A DNA stretch of 64,000 nt, from the NCBI GenBank assembly GCA_963829055.1, contig CAWHHI010000016.1:224001-288000 (forward strand), in the 5' to 3' direction. Of this stretch, positions 55,522-64,000 are shown piece by piece (position 1 is the first letter of the stretch; each line of letters opens with the position of its first letter). A program made the translations under genes and the position numbers. Source of the stretch: an uncultured Gemmatimonadaceae bacterium. GTDB taxonomy: Bacteria > Gemmatimonadota > Gemmatimonadetes > Gemmatimonadales > Gemmatimonadaceae. Under the pieces are notes generated by a model. It did no database searches. It saw only the letters and a program-made list of their open reading frames with translations, and was not told the origin of the DNA.

Positions 55522-56049
55522 ATGTTCTTTCGAGGACGACAACCCGAGGGCTCGGTCTGGCGGCGGTTCCGCGCTGGGACCGACGGCTTCTCGTTCATTC
55601 ACGAAGACGAGTACTACGCGGCGCACGTGGCGGCGAACGCGGAGCGCGTCGTCGATCTCTTTCACGCGCTCACGGAGCATCTGCCGCCCGCGGTCGACGT
55701 CGCGCTCGAGGACGTGCGATCGGGATTGTCGTGGAAGGGAGAGAACATCGCGCTTCCTGACGTGCGCGAGGTCATCGCGCGCATGAAGTCGCCGCTGTCG
55801 ACGTTCGGGGGCGTGGAGTTCGCCGTCTACACGAGCGAGGATCAGCTCACGCTCAACCCGCACCTCGAGCTGTTCATCTACGCGCGAACCGATCAGTGGT
55901 TCTACATCCTGCAGGGGAAAGGGCTCGAGGAACGGCGCATGGTGCGCACGCGGAGTTGGCGACTCACCCGGACTGAGTTTGCGCCGGCGCCCGATCTGGT
56001 GAATGCGGTGGCCGCAGCAGCGGAGCGCCTCGCACTCACGAGCGCGTGA
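55522..56049 (+). CDS. Hypothetical protein
   Basis: 175-aa ORF with typical codon use, coupled to the next gene. Confidence 0.7.
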   Translation: MFFRGRQPEGSVWRRFRAGTDGFSFIHEDEYYAAHVAANAERVVDLFHALTEHLPPAVDVALEDVRSGLSWKGENIALPDVREVIARMKSPLSTFGGVEFAVYTSEDQLTLNPHLELFIYARTDQWFYILQGKGLEERRMVRTRSWRLTRTEFAPAPDLVNAVAAAAERLALTSA

Positions 56050-56764
56050 ACATCGGACCAGTCCTGTTCGCACTCATCGCGGCGTCGGCGAACGTGCTCG
56101 GCGCCGTTGCCGTTACGTCGCGGGCGCGCTGGAGCATGCGAGCGCTCGACGTGATGGTGGCGCTGTCCGCGGGCTTCATGATCGCCGTGTCGCTCGGCGA
56201 ACTGCTGCCGGAATCGATCGAGCGTGGTGGACGCGCCGCGGCGCTGGCCGCGCTCGCCGGCTATCTGCTCGTCCACCTCACGCAGCACACGTTCGCGCGA
56301 CATTTCCACTTCGGCGAGGAGACGCACGAGGTCACGACCTCGGTCAGCGCGTCGGCGCTGGTCGGGTTGTTGCTTCACACGTTCTTCGACGGCGTGGCGA
56401 TCGCGAGCGGATTCGCGGTGAGCCCGTCACTCGGCTTCCTCGTATTCATGGCGATTCTGCTGCACAAGCTTCCTGAAGGACTGGCGATCTCGAGCCTGTT
56501 TCTCGCGGCAGGCGCGGGGCGCCGCGCGGCGCTCGGCGCCGCGACCGCGCTGGGCGTCGCGACCGTGGTCGGGCGTGCTGCTGACGGAATACCTAACGGG
56601 GCTCCGCGACATGGGACTCGCGATCGCCGCGGGCGTGACGCTCTACGTGGCGGCGTCGAACCTCGTTCCGGAGTTTCAGTCGAAGCTCGGGTGGCGCATG
56701 CCCGTCAGCTTCTTCGCTGGGTGCGCGCTGTACTTCGCGGCGCGACATGGTCGCGCTTCCATGA
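56046..56764 (+). CDS. ZIP family metal transporter (frameshifts near 56572 and 56745)
   Basis: HFHFGEETH, HTFFDGVAI, HKLPEG, then LYVAASNLVPE in the next frame. Confidence 0.85.
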
Positions 56765-58208
56765 CGCCGCGCCCATCGCGCGGATCTGGACCCGGCGGAG
56801 GAGAGGTCGTCGCTCTTCTCGCGCGCGGAGGCCGCGCAACCGCTCGCGGCGCGCTTGCGACCGCGCACGCTCGACGAGTACGTCGGGCAAGACGCACATC
56901 CTCGGGCCGGGCAAGTCGCTGCGGCAGGCGATCGAGAACGGCTCGGTCGGCTCGGTGATCTTCTGGGGACCGCCCGGCTCCGGAAAGACGACGCTCGGCC
57001 GGCTCATCGCCGCGGCCACGAATCGCACGTTCGCGCCGTTCAGCGCGGTGAGCGAGGGCGTGCCGCGCATTCGTCAGATTCTCGCCGAAGCGCGCCAGCG
57101 ACTCGAGGACGGCGGCAACCGCACGGTCCTGTTCATCGACGAGATTCACCGGCTCAACAAGGCGCAGCAGGACAGCCTGCTGCCCGCGTGTCGAGGACGG
57201 CACGGTCACGCTCATCGGCGCGACGACGGAGAACCCGAGCTTCGAGATCAACGGGGCGTTGCTCTCGCGAAGGCGAGTGTTCGTGCTGAAGGCGCTGAGC
57301 ACGACCGATCTTCGCGCGCTGCATGTCGCGCGCGTTGTCGGACACCGAACGCGGCATCGCGAATCGCAACGTCAGCGGTCGACGACGATGCGCTCGACGT
57401 CATCGCGGCGGAAGCCGACGGCGATGCGCGTCGCGCGCTGACGGTGCTCGAAGCATCGGCGGATTACGTCGGCGACGGCGGGCACGTCACGACAGCCGTC
57501 GCGCGTGAGGCGATGCAGCTGCGCTTCGCGCGTCACGACAAGAGCGGCGAAGAGCACTTCAACCTGCTCAGCGCGTATCACAAGTCGCTGCGTGGCAGCG
57601 ATCCGCAGGGCGCGCTGTACTGGATGGCGCGAATGATCGAGGGCGGCGAGGATCCGATGACGATCTTCCGACGCGCGATCGCGATGGCGGCCGAGGACGT
57701 CGGGCTCGCCGATCCGGAGGCGCTGAAGCTCGCGGTCGCGGCGCGTGATGCATATCACATGTTAGGCGCGCCCGAGGGATATCTGCCGCTCGCGCAGATG
57801 ACCATCTACCTCGCGACCGCGCCGAAATCGAACAGCTCGAAGGCGGCGCTCGGTGCGGCGCTGGAAGCCGCGCGGCAATCGCCCGCGGCGGGCGTGCCGC
57901 ATGCACATTCGGAACGCGCCGACCGCGCTGATGAAGGAGCTCGGGTACAATCGCGGGTACCAGTACGCGCACGATTCCGCGGAGGCGTACATTCCGCAGG
58001 AGTACCTGCCGGACGAGCTGCGTGGCGCGCAGTTCTACGAGCCCGGGCCGTTCGGGTTCGAGAAGGAGATCGCGAAACGACTGGCGTGGTGGCAATCGCT
58101 GCGGGATCGCGCGACCACGCGCGAGTCAGTCAGCGCCGGCGGCGGATCGGGCCGAACCAGCGGAGGGCGGAGCAGGGCGGGAACCCGACAAGGAGTCGGG
58201 GTAGATAA
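56761..58208 (+). CDS. rarA: Replication-associated recombination protein A (multiple frameshifts; end approximate)
   Basis: [63 protein letters not shown] and MKELGY motifs. Confidence 0.9.
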
Positions 58209-58257
58209 GCGTAGTGGCTCAGCTGAGCCGTGCCCAATACCTCAGAGGAAACGAACG

Positions 58258-58765
58258 ATGCGTATTCGAAATATCAGTGTCGTCGCGCTTGCGATGATCG
58301 GCGCGGTCGGCTGCGCGACGCTCGGCAAGGCGACGTTCAAGGAGCCGGTCGTGCACTTCCAGGATGCGCGCGATCACCGGGCTCGGCCTCACCGGCGGCT
58401 CGCTCGAAGTGAAGCTGAGCCTCTACAATCCGAACAGCTTCAAGCTCGACGGGACGCGCCTAACGTACAAGCTGATGGTCGACTCGGTGACGTTCGGCAC
58501 CGGCGCTCTCGCGGACCGGTTCACGGTGCAGGAGAAGGACTCGACGATCGTCACGCTGCCGCTCCAGTTCACGTACGCCGGCGTTGGCGCAGCCGGGCGT
58601 CAGCTGATGAACACGGGGGCGGTGAACTATCGCGTCCTCGGCGACGTCACGGTCGGTACGCCGCTCGGCAACTTCACGCGGCCGTACGATCAGACGGGAA
58701 GGTTCTCGCACGCTGAGTGCGGAGAGGCAATTAGCACGCATCAGGGCATGGGAGCAGGCAATTAG
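58258..58765 (+). CDS. LEA type 2 / WHy domain lipoprotein (frameshift near 58368; end uncertain)
   Basis: Lipobox AVGC; LSLYNPNSFKL motif. Confidence 0.78.
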
Positions 58766-58780
58766 CGCCATCGGGGCATG
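58721..58780 (+). repeat. Imperfect 30-bp tandem duplication
   Basis: GGAGAGGCAATTAGCACGCATCAGGGCATG followed by GGAGCAGGCAATTAGCGCCATCGGGGCATG. Confidence 0.7.
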
Positions 58781-58830
58781 GCTGATGGCCGTTAGCTTTT
58801 ACACATTCACTGAATCTTTGGAGCGTTGCT

Positions 58831-60225
58831 ATTCCTCGCGATCTGATCACACTCACGCCGCCCATCGAACGTGCGCTGCTCATCGGTGCACCGCGAAAGC
58901 GCACGGCCGCGCGGCACCACGTTGACGAACATCTCGAAGAGCTCGAGCAGCTCGCGGATACCGCCGGTGCCGTCGTCGTCGGGTCGCTCACGCAGCAGAT
59001 CGATCGCCCGAATCCCGCGACCTATCTCGGCAAGGGAAAGATCGAGGAGCTCGGGACGCTCATCGGCGAGACCGAAGCGTCGCTCATCATCTTCGACGAC
59101 GAGCTCACACCCGCGCAGGGGAAGAACATCGAGGACGCGACCGGCAAGCGCGTGATGGATCGCGCCGAGTTGATCCTCGACATCTTCGCGACGCGGGCGC
59201 GGTCGAGCGAAGCCAAGATGCAGGTGGAGCTCGCGCAGCTGGAGTACATGCTCCCGCGCCTCACGCGGATGTGGACCCACCTCGAGAAATTCCGCGGCGG
59301 CATCGGCATGCGCGGCCCTGGTGAAACGCAGCTCGAGACGGACCGCCGGCTCATCAACCATCGCATCAAGCTGCTCAAGGAGCGACTCGGCGACGTTACG
59401 CGGGCGCGCGAGATCCAGCGTCAGGGCCGTCGGGACTCGTTCCGCGCCTCGCTCGTCGGTTACACGAACGCCGGCAAGTCCTCGATTCTTCGTGGGTTGT
59501 CGGGCGCAGGTGATGTGTTCGTCGAGGATCGATTGTTCGCGACGCTCGACCCGCTGACGCGTGAGGTCGAGCTCGGCGAGAACAACAACGTGATGCTCAC
59601 GGATACTGTCGGTTTCATTCGGAAGCTGCCTCACCATCTCGTGGCGTCGTTCCGCGCGACGCTCGAAGAAGTTCGCGATGCCGACGTGCTCCTGCACGTA
59701 ATCGACGCGAGCCACCCGCAGTGGGAGGAGCAGCGGCAAGTCGTGAACGGCGTGTTGGACGAGCTCGGAGTTCACGACAAGCCTGTGCTTCACGTCTTCA
59801 ACAAGATCGACCGGCTGTCGGCCGAGATGCTGTTGCCGCTCGAGGAGCGCATCACGAATCTTCTGCCGAACTCGGTGTTCGTGTCGACGCTCGCCGACGG
59901 CGGACTCGAGCCGCTGCGTCGTGCGCTGCTCGTAAAGACGCGTGCGCTGCGGCCGATCATGGAAATTCGGCTCGGAGTCGGCGAAGGACGCCTGCTCGCG
60001 GAGATCCACCGGCTCGGCGAAGTCGTCGATCAGACGACCGACGGCGCGGAGCTCGTGCTGCGCGCGCGGGTCGACGAAGCGCTCGCGGGCCGACTGCGAC
60101 GAGCGGGCGCCGGCGTCAGTTCGACCAATGGGAGGCCCGATGGTGGCGCGGCGAACGTCGTGGCAGGCGACCGACTGACTGATCGACTTGCCCCGACCCG
60201 CACGACGGCCCGTTCGACGAGTTGA
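58831..60225 (+). CDS. hflX: Ribosome-splitting GTPase HflX (probable non-canonical start)
   Basis: ERALLIG, LEELEQLADTAG, TYLGKGK, GPGETQLE, GYTNAGKS, LFATLD, DTVGFI and NKID all in one frame from 58831. Confidence 0.95.
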   Translation: MPRDLITLTPPIERALLIGAPRKRTAARHHVDEHLEELEQLADTAGAVVVGSLTQQIDRPNPATYLGKGKIEELGTLIGETEASLIIFDDELTPAQGKNIEDATGKRVMDRAELILDIFATRARSSEAKMQVELAQLEYMLPRLTRMWTHLEKFRGGIGMRGPGETQLETDRRLINHRIKLLKERLGDVTRAREIQRQGRRDSFRASLVGYTNAGKSSILRGLSGAGDVFVEDRLFATLDPLTREVELGENNNVMLTDTVGFIRKLPHHLVASFRATLEEVRDADVLLHVIDASHPQWEEQRQVVNGVLDELGVHDKPVLHVFNKIDRLSAEMLLPLEERITNLLPNSVFVSTLADGGLEPLRRALLVKTRALRPIMEIRLGVGEGRLLAEIHRLGEVVDQTTDGAELVLRARVDEALAGRLRRAGAGVSSTNGRPDGGAANVVAGDRLTDRLAPTRTTARSTS

Positions 60226-60255
60226 GTTAATACCGTAACGCGAAACAGAGGAACT

Positions 60256-60271
60256 CGGCACCAGTCTTGCT
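60256..60271 (+). promoter_or_regulatory. Candidate sigma54 (-24/-12) promoter
   Basis: CGGCAC-CAGTC-TTGCT with exact GG-N10-GC spacing, upstream of wecA. Confidence 0.55.
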
Positions 60272-60405
60272 TTTTCGAAGAACCAACAGCAAGCGGCTAA
60301 GGTCATCGAGGCCGGGAGTGGGGCAGAGAAGGTCTGCCCCAGCACCCGTGCCGATCAATTCTGTGCGGGCGCGAGCCATCAGGCGCGTCAGGAGCACCCG
60401 GACTC

Positions 60406-62118
60406 TTGTTGTCGCAGAAGCCTGAGATTCCGCTCTACCTGTTCGGACTCGCCGTCGCCGTCTGTTCGTCCGCGGCTCTGACGTTCGCCGTGCGCGAGTT
60501 CGCGCGCCGCGCGGGGTTGGTCGATCCGATTGGAGACCGGAAGGTCCACGTCAACCCGGTTCCTCGCATCGGCGGCGTCGCCATCGTGCTGGCGGTGGCG
60601 CTGGCCATGACCGCGGTGATGACGTTCTTCGGAGAGCACGTCCTCGCCGAGAACGGGCGAGGGCTCGTGACCGTCATCGGCGGCGCGCTTGCGGTGCATC
60701 TCGTTGGCCTCGTCGATGACGTCCGTCCGATGCGCGCGCGCTGGAAGTTCGTGGCGCAGATCGCGATCGCGTGTGGTGTCTTCATCGCCGGTGTGCGTGT
60801 CTCGACGCTCTCGCTGCCGTTCGTCGGCATCGTGAACCTCGGCGGCATCATCGGGATGCTCTTCACCGTCGTGTGGTTCGTGGGCATCACGAACGCCTTC
60901 AATCTGATCGATGGACTCGATGGGCTCGCGGCAGGTGCGGCGCTGTTCGCGTTGTCCACCATGTTCGTCGTCGCGAGCTACAACGGGCTCGTCGGGCCTG
61001 CGACGGTCACGATCATTCTCGCCGGCGCGACGGTCGGATTCCTCTGCTTCAACTTTCACCCCGCGTCGATCTTTCTCGGTGATTCGGGAAGTCTGTTCCT
61101 CGGCTTCATGCTGGCCGGCATCGGCTTGTTAGGCTCGCAGAAGTCGCCGACGGTGATCGCGGTCGCCATCCCGATCGTGTCGCTCGGGCTCCCGGTGCTC
61201 GATACGACCCTTGCCGTCGCGCGGAGGTTCCTGCGTGGCCAACCCATCTTCAGCGCCGATCGCGCGCACATTCATCACCGCCTGCTGTCGTTAGGGCATT
61301 CACCTCGTCGCGTCGCGCTGCTGCTGTACTCCGCGTGCGCGCTGCTCGGGTTAGGCGGAATGCTGCTCGTGAACGATTCCGCGTACGTGGCCGTGGTGCT
61401 GGTCGTGATCGGCCTCGGTGCCGGACTCGCCGTGCAGCGGTTGCGCTACTACGAGTTCGAGGAGCTCGCTCGTGTGTTGAAGCGTGGGGTGCACCAGCGG
61501 AAGAACATCGGCCGTAACGTTCGCATTCGTGAGGCGAGCCTGCGCGTGTCGGACATGACCGATCTCGATCGCGTGTTCGAAACCCTCGAGACGACGTTCG
61601 AGCAGGACGAATTCGAGTGTGCCGAAGTCCGGCTCCGACATTCGTTCATCGGCGAGGCCCCGGCGACGGACATGTACCGTCGTCTCGACGACGACGTGCC
61701 GGTGTGGGCGTGGCATCGGGCGGACGTCACACTCGCGGCGTGCTGGGAAATCCGGCTGCCGTTCCTCGCGCCGACAGGCGAGCGTATCGGGTCGCTGGTG
61801 CTGTGGCAGGATCGTCGCGGCGACGACGTGAGTCTGGCCGACATGCACGCGATCGCTCATGATCTCCTCACCGCCATCGAGCAGAAGCTGCTCGACTTGT
61901 GGGAGCCGTGGTCCGAGGCGTCCGAAGCCGCCGTCGCGGTCGCGGGTGATCGTTCGGTGTCGGGTGACCGCGGTGTTGGCATCCCGCGCTCCGTCGAACG
62001 GACGGCGCTCGCGATCGAGAAGGACCGAGCGGGTGGCGCGAAAGGGGAGAACGGCGGCACGCGCTCGCCCCACACGGCGTCGGGCGGGTTCAAGCTGCGG
62101 TCCGCTCCGCTCCCGTAA
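60406..62118 (+). CDS. WecA/MraY-family undecaprenyl-phosphate HexNAc-1-P transferase with C-terminal extension
   Basis: RKVHVNPVPRIGG, GLVDD, NAFNLIDGLDGL, FLGDSGS and DRAHIHHRL motifs. Confidence 0.9.
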   Translation: MLSQKPEIPLYLFGLAVAVCSSAALTFAVREFARRAGLVDPIGDRKVHVNPVPRIGGVAIVLAVALAMTAVMTFFGEHVLAENGRGLVTVIGGALAVHLVGLVDDVRPMRARWKFVAQIAIACGVFIAGVRVSTLSLPFVGIVNLGGIIGMLFTVVWFVGITNAFNLIDGLDGLAAGAALFALSTMFVVASYNGLVGPATVTIILAGATVGFLCFNFHPASIFLGDSGSLFLGFMLAGIGLLGSQKSPTVIAVAIPIVSLGLPVLDTTLAVARRFLRGQPIFSADRAHIHHRLLSLGHSPRRVALLLYSACALLGLGGMLLVNDSAYVAVVLVVIGLGAGLAVQRLRYYEFEELARVLKRGVHQRKNIGRNVRIREASLRVSDMTDLDRVFETLETTFEQDEFECAEVRLRHSFIGEAPATDMYRRLDDDVPVWAWHRADVTLAACWEIRLPFLAPTGERIGSLVLWQDRRGDDVSLADMHAIAHDLLTAIEQKLLDLWEPWSEASEAAVAVAGDRSVSGDRGVGIPRSVERTALAIEKDRAGGAKGENGGTRSPHTASGGFKLRSAPLP

Positions 62119-62128
62119 CGCGTCCTCT

Positions 62129-63171
62129 GTGCGCCCCCCGACGCAAGGCCCCGGCCAGGCGGGACCGCGTCGTCACGACGCCGTTACGGGACTCGTGTCC
62201 GTCGTCGTGCCGGCATTCAACGCGGAACAATGGATCGCGGACACATTGCGCAGCATTCGCTCACAGTCCTACCGTACCCTCGAGATCATCGTCGCCGACG
62301 ACGGGTCGACGGACACGACGGCGCAGATCGCAGCGGCATCCGGCGCGATCGTCGTGCCGAGGTGGTGGAACCGGGCCGGGTGGCGCGCGAAATACGGGCA
62401 TGGCCGAAGCTCGCGGCGAGTTCATCCAGTTTCTCGATGCGGACGACCTCCTGGCGCCCGCGAAGATCGCGCGCCAGGTCGCGGTGCTGATGGAATCGGG
62501 CAGTGACGTCGCCTGGGAGCCCTTCAACATGCTCATCCCCGGTGCGGCGCCTAACGCGCCGTTCATCGTCGGTCGCGCGCGTGTCGCCAGACCTCGGCGC
62601 CGACCTCGCAGCATCACTCCTCACGACGCGCGGCTTCACGCAGATCGGCGCGCTCCTGGTCCGGCGTTCCGAGCGCACCGACGCGACGTGGTTCGAGGCC
62701 GGCCGCGAGGTCGTCGAGGACGTGCGGTACATGGTGGCACTCGCGCTGGCTGGTGCGCGTTTCGTGTCGAGTGAATCCGACGAGCTGGGCTTGCTCTACC
62801 GTCAGCACACCGGCCCGCGATACTCGGCGCGTCCGACCGCGTCGTTCGCGCGAGGGTGCGCGCTGAACGCCGAATGGGCGGAGGACTACTGGATGGCACA
62901 CGGCGGACTGACGCCCGCACGCCGTGCCGCACTGTGCGAGGCGTATGCTTTCGCCGCTCGGCAACTCGCGCCAGAGGATCCGGTCGCGTTCCAACGGGCC
63001 GCAAGCCGCGGCCTCGCGTTCGGTGACGAGTTCACGAGGCAGCTGCCCGCGCGCGTGCGCTGGTTGTCGCGCCTGGTTGGCTACCCGCGCGCGGAATCGA
63101 TCGCGTCCACGTGGCGCCGAGTGCGGCACGACCGACGTAACGACGTCGCCGAGCCGAGGGATGCCCAGTGA
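62129..63171 (+). CDS. GT2 glycosyltransferase (frameshifts near 62360-62395 and 62588)
   Basis: VSVVVPAFN, DDGSTD and FLDADD in successive frames. Confidence 0.82.
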
Positions 63172-64000
63172 GAATCGTCCACGTCCCGTTCGGATACTAC
63201 CCCAATGTCGTGGGGGGCACCGAGGTCTACGTCGCCGAGTTGGCGCGCGGCCTCCGGTCGCGCGGCGTCGAAAGCGTAGTCGCGGCGCCGGCCACCCGCG
63301 CAGGCAACGAACGGTACGCGCACGATGGTGTTCCCGTGCGGCGGTTCACCGTGGACCAGAGCGCGAACGTCGGGGACGTCTACGGCGAAGGTGACGCCGT
63401 TGCCGCGGAGGCCATCGGCGGCATCCTCGATGACGTCCGAGCCGACATCCTGCACCTGCACGCCTTCACACGCGCGGCGTCGCTTCGTGCCGCGCGCGTG
63501 GCGCGACGCCAGGGGGTCGCCGTGGTGTTCACGTATCACACCCCGACCGCGAGCTGCGTGCGCGGCACACTCCTGCACGACGGACACGAGCCCTGCGACG
63601 GCTCGCTCATCGCACAGCAATGCACGGCGTGCCTGCTGGAGAGCCGAGGAGTGCCTCTCGCCGTTCGCGAAGCGCTGTCGCGCGTACCGGCACCGTTAGG
63701 CGCCACCGTCGGATCTACGGGCGTGTCAGGGCGGTGGGCGACGGCGCTACGTGCTCGCGAGCTCACCACGGCGAGACACGACGCGTTCCGGCAACTGCTG
63801 CGGGAAGCGGACGCCGTCGTCGCGGTATGCGAGTGGGTGCGCAGCCTACTCATCCGCGCTGGTGCCATGCCGTCACGCTTGATAGTGTCGAGGCAGGGAA
63901 CTCCGCATCGGCCGCTGCCTGCGCGCGACCCACGTGCCGTCGGAGGGCCGCTCCGACTCGCATTCGTTGGGCGTCTTCATCCCGCGAAAGGCGTGCACGT
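63168..64000 (+). CDS. GT4 glycosyltransferase, runs off window end
   Basis: GTG start overlapping upstream stop; MRIVHVPFGYYPNVVGGTEVYV, RPDILHLH, FVGRLHPAKG. Confidence 0.82.
   Translation, partial: MRIVHVPFGYYPNVVGGTEVYVAELARGLRSRGVESVVAAPATRAGNERYAHDGVPVRRFTVDQSANVGDVYGEGDAVAAEAIGGILDDVRADILHLHAFTRAASLRAARVARRQGVAVVFTYHTPTASCVRGTLLHDGHEPCDGSLIAQQCTACLLESRGVPLAVREALSRVPAPLGATVGSTGVSGRWATALRARELTTARHDAFRQLLREADAVVAVCEWVRSLLIRAGAMPSRLIVSRQGTPHRPLPARDPRAVGGPLRLAFVGRLHPAKGVH

Noticed and set aside
56046..58716. Apparent ZIP-RarA (720 aa) and RarA-LEA fusions in the ORF track
   Set aside because: Produced by frameshifts joining adjacent genes; each has its own start and motifs

Overview
GC-rich (~67% by eye) bacterial chromosome segment, most consistent with a Gemmatimonadota (Gemmatimonadaceae-like) genome; this is inferred from gene content, order and protein style. 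It is mostly core genes: tol-pal-cpoB-tatC-lptD; a hut operon (hutH, hutU, radical SAM, hutI); two large acidic TPR proteins; polyprenyl synthase; tatA; a SurA/PpiD chaperone; aroQ-pepP-accB-pilT/U-accC-comB-ftsK; a reverse-strand Wzm/Wzt polysaccharide cluster; yraN-recA-recX-alaS; a GGGP-synthase-family gene with a PHP phosphatase, gmhA and an SDR; cca; ZIP; rarA; LEA; hflX; and the start of a second glycan cluster (wecA, GT2, GT4). Many genes, including essential ones, carry single-base frameshifts that look like long-read errors. The strongest unexplained signal is the non-palindromic heptamer CCTAACG/CGTTAGG: about 40 copies counted by eye on both strands versus roughly 7 expected, often forcing rare CTA/TTA codons in housekeeping genes. 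Other notable items are paired inverted 7- and 9-mer tandem arrays at gene junctions, a REP-like palindrome and a long G.U-rich hairpin between recA and recX, a probable ATT start codon with a structured leader for hflX, and a sigma54-type promoter before wecA. No rRNA, tRNA, CRISPR array or transposase was seen.
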